Source of the DNA: Laetmonice hystrix
Lineage: Eukaryota
DNA length: 64,000 bases
Assembly: GCA_965235115.1 (NCBI GenBank)
Contig: OZ249436.1
Span: 24,430,001-24,494,000 of the forward strand
Direction of reading: 5' to 3'
The notes below the pieces were generated by a model. It was not told the DNA's origin. It ran no database searches and was given only the letters and a program-made list of their open reading frames with translations. A program made the position numbers and the translations under genes. This document shows, in pieces, positions 40,329 through 53,800 of this stretch. Each line of letters starts with the position of its first letter. Positions within the stretch are counted from its first letter, which is position 1.

Positions 40329-43300
40329 ACAAATAACAGGATTCAGGGCTTCCTACCACGTTACAAGTCACAATAGATTGCTGCCTGTCGTAAAAATATA
40401 CCAGACCATTTTAAAAAGTCACAGAACCCCAATCCGGCCCTAATATGTCACTCCCAGTACCAATAGACGCTGGAAGCACCATCAACTGAAATTCAGGCCT
40501 AGAACCCACCTCTCTCTACCAATATCATGCACCTAGTCCGTATACGAGGTTGTAATTTACTTTAATCAACGGGCTGCGCCGCAGCAACCCACTCTGGTCT
40601 TTGCAATCTTTTTCAATATGCGTTAACATTTGTGACCAGCTCAACGCGCCTTGTAAAATTTTTCAAAGTGCGTAAAAGTGTGTGTCCACCCCGACACGCT
40701 TTCCAAACCACTATACCCACCGAGCGACATCCACTCAAATACAGGCTTCGACCGATCCTCACTGTGCCAATAATCCGCCACAAGGCAAATTCAGTCAATG
40801 CAAGCTGGAAAATCGAATGTCAAACCTAATGCTCCCCCCCCAGCACGTTAACTGAAAAAAATCAACTAGCTTGAAAACTAGAATATAGCTTTGTTTAGCT
40901 AACAATCTACTCTCCCAGCGCCATCAACTCGCATACAGGCGTAAAAGCAAACGCACTGCCCCATATAATGCTCCCAGCCTAAGACGATGTTGCAATTAAT
41001 TTAAGATTAACAAGATGCACTAGTAATCCGATCCAAGCCTAATTACGTCATTGCTAGTTTCATAACCAAATCTCACAGAAAATACCCCACCCGCGCACAT
41101 AACCTGAAAATATTTAACTTTTATCTCCAATGTATCCCTGTGCACCTAGTAGCACACAAGCGGGCCCAATTTTGACATCCCAACACAAATACCGCAAATA
41201 CCCGCCTGATGGCACAAAAAACTTTCTACCCCGTTGCAAGTCACATTAGCGTGCTGCTTGTCGTGAAAAATGGTGCAGACCATTTCTAAAGTCACAGTAC
41301 CCCACTCCCGGCCTAATATTACGTTTCAGTATCCATATACGCTGCAAGCGGCAGGAACTCGAATACAGGCCTAAAAGTAACCTCAGTCTAGCAATATCAT
41401 ACTCCCATGCCATATACGAGCTTGTAATTATCTTTAATTAATGGGCTCCGCAGCACCAACCCACTGCATTAACATTTGTTTAACAGCTTAACGCACCTTG
41501 TAAAATTTTTTCAAGTGCGTAAAAATGCGTGTCCACCTCCACATACTTTAAAAATCACTATACCCACCCAGCGACATCCACTCTAATACACGCCTAAAAG
41601 GAACTTCACTGTCCCATTTGATTCTCCAGCACGTATAGGATGTTTCAAGTAACATTCATCCACGGTCTGGCCCAATAACGTGCAGCAAGGCATAGTAAGT
41701 CAATGCGAGCTCGCATGTCAAACCTAACCCGCCCCCAAGCACATGAGCTGAAAATATTCAAATAGCTTGAAAACTAGAATATAGCTTTGCTTAATACCAT
41801 TATACCATCAACTCGCATTACAGGCCTAATGCGAAGCTCCCAGCCTAAAACGAGTTTCCAATTAATTTAAAGTTAACAAGATGCACTAATAATCGATTCC
41901 AAGCCTAATTAGGCCATTGCTAGTTGGATAACCAAATCTCATACAAAATACACCCTCCCGGCAGATGACCTGAGAATATTCAACTCTTATGTCCGATATA
42001 TCCCTGTCCGCTTAGTAGCACCCAGCCGGGCCCCCATTTTGACATTGCAACACCAATACAGCAAGTGCCCAGCTAACAGCACAAATAACAGGATTCAGGG
42101 CTTCCTACCACGTTACAAGTCACAATAGATTGCTGCCTGTCGTAAAAATATACCAGACCATTTTAAAAAGTCACAGAACCCCAATCCGGCCCTAATATGT
42201 CACTCCCAGTACCAATAGACGCTGGAAGCACCATCAACTGAAATTCAGGCCTAGAACCCACCTCTCTCTACCAATATCATGCACCTAGTCCGTATACGAG
42301 GTTGTAATTTACTTTAATCAACGGGCTGCGCCGCAGCAACCCACTCTGGTCTTTGCAATCTTTTTCAATATGCGTTAACATTTGTGACCAGCTCAACGCG
42401 CCTTGTAAAATTTTTCAAAGTGCGTAAAAGTGTGTGTCCACCCCGACACGCTTTCCAAACCACTATACCCACCGAGCGACATCCACTCAAATACAGGCTT
42501 CGACCGATCCTCACTGTGCCAATAATCCGCCACAAGGCAAATTCAGTCAATGCAAGCTGGAAAATCGAATGTCAAACCTAATGCTCCCCCCCCAGCACGT
42601 TAACTGAAAAAAATCAACTAGCTTGAAAACTAGAATATAGCTTTGTTTAGCTAACAATCTACTCTCCCAGCGCCATCAACTCGCATACAGGCGTAAAAGC
42701 AAACGCACTGCCCCATATAATGCTCCCAGCCTAAGACGATGTTGCAATTAATTTAAGATTAACAAGATGCACTAGTAATCCGATCCAAGCCTAATTACGT
42801 CATTGCTAGTTTCATAACCAAATCTCACAGAAAATACCCCACCCGCGCACATAACCTGAAAATATTCAACTTTTATCTCCAATGTATCCCTGTGCACCTA
42901 GTAGCACCCAAGCGGGCCCAATTTTGACATTCCAACACAAATACCGCAAATACCCGCCTAATGGCACAAAAAAACTTTCTACCCCGTTGCAAGTCACATT
43001 AGCTTGCTGCTTGTCGTAAAAAATGGTGCAGACCATTTCTAAAGTCACAGTACCCCACTCCCGGCCTAATATTACGTTTCAGTATCCATATATGCTGCAA
43101 GCGGCAAGAACTCGAATACAGGCCTAAAAGTAACCCCAGTCTAGCAATATCATACTCTCATGCCATATACGAGCTTGTAATTATCTTTAATTAATGGGCT
43201 CCGCAGCACCAACCCACTGCATTAACATTTGTTTAACAGCTTGACGCACCTTGTAAAAAATTTTCAAGTGCGTAAAAATGCGTGTCCACCTCCACATACT

Positions 43301-46300
43301 TTAAAAATCACTATACCCACCCAGCGACATTCACTCTAATACACGCCTAAGAGGAACTTCACTGTCCCATTTGATTCTCCAGCACGTATAGGATGTTTCA
43401 AGTAACATTCATCCACGGTCTGGCCCAATAACGTGCAACAAGGCATAGTAAGTCAATGCGAGCTCGCATGTCAAACCTAACCCGCCCCCCAGCACATGAG
43501 CTGAAAATATTCAAATAGCTTGAAAACTAGAATATAGCTTTGCTTAATACCATTATACCATCAACTCGCATTACAGGCCTAATGCGAAGCTCCCAGCCTA
43601 AAACGAGTTTCCAATTAATTTAAAGTTAACAAGATGCACTAATAATCGATTCCAAGCCTAATTAGGCCATTGCTAGTTGGATAACCAAATCTCATACAAA
43701 ATACACCCTCCCGGCAGATGACCTGAGAATATTCAACTCTTATGTCCGATATATCCCTGTCCGCTTTGTAGCACCCAGCCGGGCCCCCATTTTGACATTG
43801 CAACACCAATACAGCAAGTGCCCAGCTAACAGCACAAATAACAGGATTCAGGGCTTCCTACCACGTTACAAGTCACAATAGATTGCTGCCTGTCGTAAAA
43901 ATATACCAGACCATTTTAAAAAGTCACAGAACCCCAATCCGGCCCTAATATGTCACTCCCAGTACCAATACACTCTGGAAGCACCATCAACTGAAATTCA
44001 GGCCTAGAACCCACCTCTCTCTACCAATATCATGCACCTAGTCCGTATACGAGGTTGTAATTTACTTTAATCAACGGGCTGCGCCGCAGCAACCCACTCT
44101 GGTCTTTGCAATCTTTTTCAATATGCGTTAACATTTGTAACCAGCTCAACGCGCCTTGTAAAATTTTTCAAAGTGCGTAAAAGTGTGTGTCCACCCCGAC
44201 ACGCTTTCCAAACCACTATACCCACCGAGCGACATCCACTCAAATACAGGCTTCGACCGATCCTCACTGTGCCAATAATCCGCCACAGGGCAAATTCAGT
44301 CAATGCAAGCTGGAAAATCGAATGTCAAACCTAATACTCCCCCCCCCAGCACGTTAACTGAAAATAATCAACTAGCTTGAAAACTAGAATATAGCTTTGT
44401 TTAGCTAACAATCTACTCTCCCAGCGCCATCAACTCGCATACAGGCGTAAAAGCAAACGCACTGCCCCATATAATGCTCCCAGCCTAAAACGATGTTGCA
44501 ATTAATTTAAAATTAACAAGATGCACTAGTAATCCGATCCAAGCTTAATTACGTCATTGCTAGTTTCATAACCAAATCTCACAGAAAATACCCCACCCGG
44601 GCACATAATCTGAAAATATTCAACTTTTATCTCCAATGTATCCCTGTGCACCTAGTAGCACCCAAGCGGGCCCAATTTTGACATCCCAACACAAATACCG
44701 CAAATACCCGCCTAATGGCACAAAAAACTTTCTACCCCGTTGCAAGTCACATTAGCGTGCTGCTTGTCGTAAAAAATGGTGCAGACCATTTCTAAAGTCA
44801 CAGTACCCCACTCCCGGCCTAATATTACGTTTCAGTATCCATATACGCTGCAAGCGGCAGGAACTCGAATACAGGCCTAAAAGTAACCTCAGTCTAGCAA
44901 TATCATACTCCCATGCCATATACGAGCTTGTAATTATCTTTAATTAATGGGCTCCGCAGCACCAACCCACTGCATTAACATTTGTTTAACAGCTTAACAC
45001 ACCTTGTAAAATTTTTTCAAGTGCGTAAAAATGCGTGTCCACCTCCACATACTTTAAAAATCACTATACCCACCCAGCGACATCCACTCTAATACACGCC
45101 TAAAAGGAACTTCACTGTCCCATTTGATTCTCCAGCACGTATAGGATGTTTCAAGTAACATTCATCCACGGTCTGGCCCAATAACGTGCAACAAGGCATA
45201 GTAAGTCAATGCGAGCTCGCATGTCAAACCTAACCCGCCCCCAAGCACATGAGCTGAAAATATTCAAATAGCTTGAAAACTAGAATATAGCTTTGCTTAA
45301 TACCATTATACCATCAACTCGCATTACAGGCCTAATGCGAAGCTCCCAGCCTAAAACGAGTTTCCAATTAATTTAAAGTTAACAAGATGCACTAATAATC
45401 GATTCCAAGCCTAATTAGGCCATTGCTAGTTGGATAACCAAATCTCATACAAAATACACCCTCCCGGCAGATGACCTGAGAATATTCAACTCTTATGTCC
45501 GATATATCCCTGTCCGCTTAGTAGCACCCAGCCGGGCCCCCATTTTGACATTGCAACACCAATACAGCAAGTGCCCAGCTAACAGCACAAATAACAGGAT
45601 TCAGGGCTTTCTACCACGTTACAAGTCACAATAGATTGCTGCCTGTCGTAAAAATATACCAGACCATTTTAAAAAGTCACAGAACCCCAATCCGGCCCTA
45701 ATATGTCACTCCCAGTACCAATACACGCTGGAAGCACCATCAACTGAAATTCAGGCCTAGAACCCACCTCTCTCTACCAATATCATGCACCTAGTCCGTA
45801 TACGAGGTTGTAATTTCCTTTAATCAACGGGCTGCGCCGCAGCAACCCACTCTGGTCTTTGCAATCTTTTTCAATATGCGTTAACATTTGTGACCAGCTC
45901 AACGCGCCTTGTAAAATTTTTCAAAGTGCGTAAAAGTGTGTGTCCACCCCGACACGCTTTCCAAACCACTATACCCACCGAGCGACATCCACTCAAATAC
46001 AGGCTTCGACCGATCCTCACTGTGCCAATAATCCGCCACAAGGCAAATTCAGTCAATGCAAGCTGGAAAATCGAATGTCAAACCTAATGCTCCCCCCCCA
46101 GCACGTTAACTGAAAAAAATCAACTAGCTTGAAAACTAGAATATAGCTTTGTTTAGCTAACAATCTACTCTCCCAGCGCCATCAACTCGCATACAGGCGT
46201 AAAAGCAAACGCACTGCCCCATATAATGCTCCCAGCATAAAACGATGTTGCAATTAATTTAAAATTAACAAGATGCACTAGTAATCCGATCCAAGCTTAA

Positions 46301-49300
46301 TTACGTCATTGCTAGTTTCATAACCAAATCTCACAGAAAATACCCCACCCGGGCACATAACCTGAAAATATTCAACTTTTATCTCCAATGTATCCCTGTG
46401 CACCTAGTAGCACCCAAGCGGGCCCAATTTTGACATTCCAACACAAATACCGCAAATACCCGCCTAATGGCACAAAAAACTTTCTACCCCGTTGCAAGTC
46501 ACATTAGCTTGCTGCTTGTCGTAAAAAATGGTGCAGACCATTTCTAAAGTCACAGTACCCCACTCCCGGCCTAATATTACGTTTCAGTATCCATATACGC
46601 TGCAAGCGGCAGGAACTCGAATACAGGCCTAAAAGTAACCCCAGTCTAGCAATATCATACTCTCATGCCATATACGAGCTTGTAATTATCTTTAATTAAT
46701 GGGCTCCGCAGCACCAACCCACTGCATTAACATTTGTTTAACAGCTTAACGCACCTTGTAAAAAAATTTTCAAGTGCGTAAAAATGCGTGTCCACCTCCA
46801 CATACTTTAAAAATCACTATACCCACCCAGCGACATTCACTCTAATACACGCCTAAGAGGAACTTCACTGTCCCATTTGATTCTCCAGCACGTATAGGAT
46901 GTTTCAAGTAACATTTATCCACGGTCTGGCCCAATAACGTGCAACAAGGCATAGTAAGTCAATGCGAGCTCGCATGTCAAACCTAACCCGCCCCCCAGCA
47001 CATGAGCTGAAAATATTCAAATAGCTTGAAAACTAGAATATAGCTTTGCTTAATACCATTATACCATCAACTCGCATTACAGGCCTAATGCGAAGCTCCC
47101 AGCCTAAAACGAGTTTCCAATTAATTTAAAGTTAACAAGATGCACTAATAATCGATTCCAAGCCTAATTAGGCCATTGCTAGTTGGATAACCAAATCTCA
47201 TACAAAATACACCCTCCCGGCAGATGACCTGAGAATATTCAACTCTTATGTCCGATATATCCCTGTCCGCTTAGTAGCACCCAGCCGGGCCCCCATTTTG
47301 ACATTGCAACACCAATACAGCAAGTGCCCAGCTAACAGCACAAATAACAGGATTCAGGGCTTCCTACCACGTTACAAGTCACAATAGATTGCTGCCTGTC
47401 GTAAAAATATACCAGACCATTTTAAAAAGTCACAGAACCCCAATCCGGCCCTAATATGTCACTCCCAGTACCAATACACGCTGGAAGCACCATCAACTGA
47501 AATTCAGGCCTAGAACCCACCTCTCTCTACCAATATCATGCACCTAGTCCGTATACGAGGTTGTAATTTACTTTAATCAACGGGCTGCGCCGCAGCAACC
47601 CACTCTGGTCTTTGCAATCTTTTTCAATATGCGTTAACATTTGTAACCAGCTCAACGCGCCTTGTAAAATTTTTCAAAGTGCGTAAAAGTGTGTGTCCAC
47701 CCCGACACGCTTTCCAAACCACTATACCCACCGAGCGACATCCACTCAAATACAGGCTTCGACCGATCCTCACTGTGCCAATAATCCGCCACAAGGCAAA
47801 TTCAGTCAATGCAAGCTGGAAAATCGAATGTCAAACCTAATGCTCCCCCCCCCCAGCACGTTAACTGAAAATAATCAACTAGCTTGAAAACTAGAATATA
47901 GCTTTGTTAAGCTAACAATCTACTCTCCCAGCGCCATCAACTCGCATACAGGCGTAAAAGCAAACGCACTGCCCCATATAATGCTTCCAGCCTAAAACGA
48001 TGTTGCAATTAATTTAAAATTAACAAGATGCACTAGTAATCCGATCCAAGCCTAATTACGTCATTGCTAGTTTCATAACCAAATCTCACAGAAAATACCC
48101 CACCCGCGCACATAACCTGAAAATATTCAACTTTTATCTCCAATGTATCCCTGTGCACCTAGTAGCACCCAAGCGGGCCCAATTTTGACATTCCAACACA
48201 AATACCGCAAATACCCGCCTAATGGCACAAAAAACTTTCTACCCCGTTGCAAGTCACATTAGCTTGCTGCTTGTCGTAAAAAATGGTGCAGACCATTTCT
48301 AAAGTCACAGTACCCCACTCCCGGCCTAATATTACGTTTCAGTATCCATATACGCTGCAAGCGGCAGGAACTCGAATACAGGCCTAAAAGTAACCCCAGT
48401 CTAGCAATATCATACTCTCATGCCATATACGAGCTTGTAATTATCTTTAATTAATGGGCTCCGCAGCACCAACCCACTGCATTAACATTTGTTTAACAGC
48501 TTAACGCACCTTGTAAAAAATTTTCAAGTGCGTAAAAATGCGTGTCCACCTCCACATACTTTAAAAATCACTATACCCACCCAGCGACATTCACTCTAAT
48601 ACACGCCTAAGAGGAACTTCACTGTCCCATTTGATTCTCCAGCACGTATAGGATGTTTCAAGTAACATTTATCCACGGTCTGGCCCAATAACGTGCAACA
48701 AGGCATAGTAAGTCAATGCGACCTCGCATGTCAAACCTAACCCGCCCCCCAGCACATGAGCTGGAGATATTCAAATAGCTTGAAAACTAGAATATAGCTT
48801 TGCTTAATACCATTATACCATCAACTCGCATTACAGGCCTAATGCGAAGCTCCCAGCCTAAAACGAGTTTCCAATTAATTTAAAGTTAACAAGATGCACT
48901 AATAATCGATTCCAAGCCTAATTAGGCCATTGCTAGTTGGATAACCAAATCTCATACAAAATACACCCTCCCGGCAGATGACCTGAGAATATTCAACTCT
49001 TATGTCCGATATATCCCTGTCCGCTTAGTAGCACCCAGCCGGGCCCCCATTTTGACATTGCAACACCAATACAGCAAGTGCCCAGCTAACAGCACAAATA
49101 ACAGGATTCAGGGCTTCCTACCACGTTACAAGTCACAATAGATTGCTGCCTGTCGTAAAAATATACCAGACCATTTTAAAAAGTCACAGAACCCCAATGC
49201 GGCCCTAATATGTCACTCCCAGTACCAATAGACCCTGGAAGCACCATCAACTGAAATTCAGGCCTAGAACCCACCTCTCTCTACCAATATCATGCACCTA

Positions 49301-50847
49301 GTCCGTATACGAGGTTGTAATTTACTTTAATCAACGGGCTGCGCCGCAGCAACCCACTCTGGTCTTTGCAATCTTTTTCAATATGCGTTAACATTTGTGA
49401 CCAGCTCAACGCGCCTTGTAAAATTTTTCAAAGTGCGTAAAAGTGTGTGTCCACCCCGACACGCTTTCCAAACCACTATACCCACCGAGCGACATCCACT
49501 CAAATACAGGCTTCAACCGATCCTCACTGTGCCAATAATCCGCCACAAGGCAAATTCAGTCAATGCAAGCTGGAAAATCGAATGTCAAACCTAATGCTCC
49601 CCCCCCCCAGCACGTTAACTGAAAATAATCAACTAGCTTGAAAACTAGAATATAGCTTTGTTAAGCTAACAATCTACTCTCCCAGCGCCATCAACTCGCA
49701 TACAGGCGTAAAAGCAAACGCACTGCCCCATATAATGCTCCCAGCCTAAAACGATGTTGCAATTAATTTAAAATTAACAAGATGCACTAGTAATCCGATC
49801 CAAGCCTAATTACGTCATTGCTAGTTTCATAACCAAATCTCACAGAAAATACCCCACCCGCGCACATAACCTGAAAATATTCAACTTTTATCTCCAATGT
49901 ATCCCTGTGCACCTAGTAGCACCCAAGCGGGCCCAATTTTGACATTCCAACACAAATACCGCAAATACCCGCCTAATGGCACAAAAAACTTTCTACCCCG
50001 TTGCAAGTCACATTAGCTTACTGCTTGTCGTAAAAAATGGTGCAGACCATTTCTAAAGTCACAGTACCCCACTCCCGGCCTAATATTACGTTTCAGTATC
50101 CATATACGCTGCAAGCGGCAGGAACTCGAATACAGGCCTAAAAGTAACCCCAGTCTAGCAATATCATACTCTCATGCCATATACGAGCTTGTAATTATCT
50201 TTAATTAATGGGCTCCGCAGCACCAACCCACTGCATTAACATTTGTTTAACAGCTTAACGCACCTTGTAAAAAATTTTCAAGTGCGTAAAAATGCGTGTC
50301 CACCTCCACATACTTTAAACATCACTATACCCACCCAGCGACATTCACTCTAATACACGCCTAAGAGGAACTTCACTGTCCCATTTGATTCTCCAGCACG
50401 TATAGGATGTTTCAAGTAACATTTATCCACGGTCTGGCCCAATAACGTGCAACAAGGCATAGTAAGTCAATGCGACCTCGCATGTCAAACCTAACCCGCC
50501 CCCCAGCACATGAGCTGGAGATATTCAAATAGCTTGAAAACTAGAATATAGCTTTGCTTAATACCATTATACCATCAACTCGCATTACAGGCCTAATGCG
50601 AAGCTCCCAGCCTAAAACGAGTTTCCAATTAATTTAAAGTTAACAAGATGCACTAATAATCGATTCCAAGCCTAATTAGGCCATTGCTAGTTGGATAACC
50701 AAATCTCATACAAAATACACCCTCCCGGCAGATGACCTGAGAATATTCAACTCTTATGTCCGATATATCCCTGTCCGCTTAGTAGCACCCAGCCGGGCCC
50801 CCATTTTGACATTGCAACACCAATACAGCAAGTGCCCAGCTAACAGC
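40329..50847. repeat. One intact six-unit higher-order repeat (types D-E-F-A-B-C, U24-U29, ~10.5 kb)
   Basis: Diagnostic alleles: D (CTAAGACG, AATATTTAAC, GCACACAAG, GCAGCAA); E (GCGGCAAGA, GCTTGACG, GCTTTGTAG); F (TACACTCT, AATACTCCC, TAACACACC); A (TTTCCTT, CAGCATAAA, A7 before TTTTCAAG); B (GTAACC, ATGCTTCC, CTGGAGAT); C (TTTAAACATC, CTGGAGAT). The same adjacencies recur at U1-4, U10-13, U17-20 and U32-35. Confidence 0.8.
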
Positions 50848-53800
50848 ACAAATAACAGGATTCAGGGCTTCCTACCACGTTACAAGTCACAATAGATTGC
50901 TGCCTGTCGTAAAAATATACCAGACCATTTTAAAAAGTCACAGAACCCCAATCCGGCCCTAATATGTCACTCCCAGTACCAATAGACGCTGGAAGCACCA
51001 TCAACTGAAATTCAGGCCTAGAACCCACCTCTCTCTACCAATATCATGCACCTAGTCCGTATACGAGGTTGTAATTTACTTTAATCAACGGGCTGCGCCG
51101 CAGCAACCCACTCTGGTCTTTGCAATCTTTTTCAATATGCGTTAACATTTGTGACCAGCTCAACGCGCCTTGTAAAATTTTTCAAAGTGCGTAAAAGTGT
51201 GTGTCCACCCCGACACGCTTTCCAAACCACTATACCCACCGAGCGACATCCACTCAAATACAGGCTTCGACCGATCCTCACTGTGCCAATAATCCGCCAC
51301 AAGGCAAATTCAGTCAATGCAAGCTGGAAAATCGAATGTCAAACCTAATGCTCCCCCCCCCCCAGCACGTTAACTGAAAAAAATCAACTAGCTTGAAAAC
51401 TAGAATATAGCTTTGTTTAGCTAACAATCTACTCTCCCAGCGCCATCAACTCGCATACAGGCGTAAAAGCAAACGCACTGCCCCATATAATGCTTCCAGC
51501 CTAAAACGATGTTGCAATTAATTTAAAATTAACAAGATGCACTAGTAATCCGATCCAAGCCTAATTACGTCATTGCTAGTTTCATAACCAAATCTCACAG
51601 AAAATACCCCACCCGCGCACATAACCTGAAAATATTCAACTTTTATCTCCAATGTATCCCTGTGCACCTAGTAGCACCCAAGCGGGCCCAATTTTGACAT
51701 TCCAACACAAATACCGCAAATACCCGCCTAATGGCACAAAAAACTTTCTACCCCGTTGCAAGTCACATTAGCTTGCTGCTTGTCGTAAAAAATGGTGCAG
51801 ACCATTTCTAAAGTCACAGTACCCCACTCCCGGCCTAATATTACGTTTCAGTATCCATATACGCTGCAAGCGGCAGGAACTCGAATACAGGCCTAAAAGT
51901 AACCCCAGTCTAGCAATATCATACTCTCATGCCATATACGAGCTTGTAATTATCTTTAATTAATGGGCTCCGCAGCACCAACCCACTGCATTAACATTTG
52001 TTTAACAGCTTAACGCACCTTGTAAAAAATTTTCAAGTGCGTAAAAATGCGTGTCCACCTCCACATACTTTAAAAATCACTATACCCACCCAGCGACATT
52101 CACTCTAATACACGCCTAAGAGGAACTTCACTGTCCCATTTGATTCTCCAGCACGTATAGGATGTTTCAAGTAACATTTATCCACGGTCTGGCCCAATAA
52201 CGTGCAACAAGGCATAGTAAGTCAATGCGACCTCGCATGTCAAACCTAACCCGCCCCCCAGCACATGAGCTGGAGATATTCAAATAGCTTGAAAACTAGA
52301 ATATAGCTTTGCTTAATACCATTATACCATCAACTCGCATTACAGGCCTAATGCGAAGCTCCCAGCCTAAAACGAGTTTCCAATTAATTTAAAGTTAACA
52401 AGATGCACTAATAATCGATTCCAAGCCTAATTAGGCCATTGCTAGTTGGATAACCAAATCTCATACAAAATACACCCTCCCGGCAGATGACCTGAGAATA
52501 TTCAACTCTTATGTCCGATATATCCCTGTCCGCTTAGTAGCACCCAGCCGGGCCCCCATTTTGACATTGCAACACCAATACAGCAAGTGCCCAGCTAACA
52601 GCACAAATAACAGGATTCAGGGCTTCCTACCACGTTACAAGTCACAATAGATTGCTGCCTGTCGTAAAAATATACCAGACCATTTTAAAAAGTCACAGAA
52701 CCCCAATCCGGCCCTAATATGTCACTCCCAGTACCAATAGACGCTGGAAGCACCATCAACTGAAATTCAGGCCTAGAACCCACCTCTCTCTACCAATATC
52801 ATGCACCTAGTCCGTATACGAGGTTGTAATTTACTTTAATCAACGGGCTGCGCCGCAGCAACCCACTCTGGTCTTTGCAATCTTTTTCAATATGCGTTAA
52901 CATTTGTGACCAGCTCAACGCGCCTTGTAAAATTTTTCAAAGTGCGTAAAAGTGTGTGTCCACCCCGACACGCTTTCCAAACCACTATACCCACCGAGCG
53001 ACATCCACTCAAATACAGGCTTCGACCGATCCTCACTGTGCCAATAATCCGCCACAAGGCAAATTCAGTCAATGCAAGCTGGAAAATCGAATGTCAAACC
53101 TAATGCTCCCCCCCCCAGCACGTTAACTGAAAATAATCAACTAGCTTGAAAACTAGAATATAGCTTTGTTAAGCTAACAATCTACTCTCCCAGCGCCATC
53201 AACTCGCATACAGGCGTAAAAGCAAACGCACTGCCCCATATAATGCTCCCAGCCTAAAACGATGTTGCAATTAATTTAAAATTAACAAGATGCACTAGTA
53301 ATCCGATCCAAGCCTAATTACGTCATTGCTAGTTTCATAACCAAATCTCACAGAAAATACCCCACCCGCGCACATAACCTGAAAATATTTAACTTTTATC
53401 TCCAATGTATCCCTGTGCACCTAGTAGCACACAAGCGGGCCCAATTTTGACATCCCAACACAAATACCGCAAATACCCGCCTAATGGCACAAAAAACTTT
53501 CTACCCCGTTGCAAGTCACATTAGCGTGCTGCTTGTCGTAAAAAATGGTGCAGACCATTTCTAAAGTCACAGTACCCCACTCCCGGCCTAATATTACGTT
53601 TCAGTATCCATATACGCTGCAAGCGGCAGGAACTCGAATACAGGCCTAAAAGTAACCTCAGTCTAGCAATATCATACTCCCATGCCATATACGAGCTTGT
53701 AATTATCTTTAATTAATGGGCTCCGCAGCACCAACCCACTGCATTAACATTTGTTTAACAGCTTAACGCACCTTGTAAAATTTTTTCAAGTGCGTAAAAA

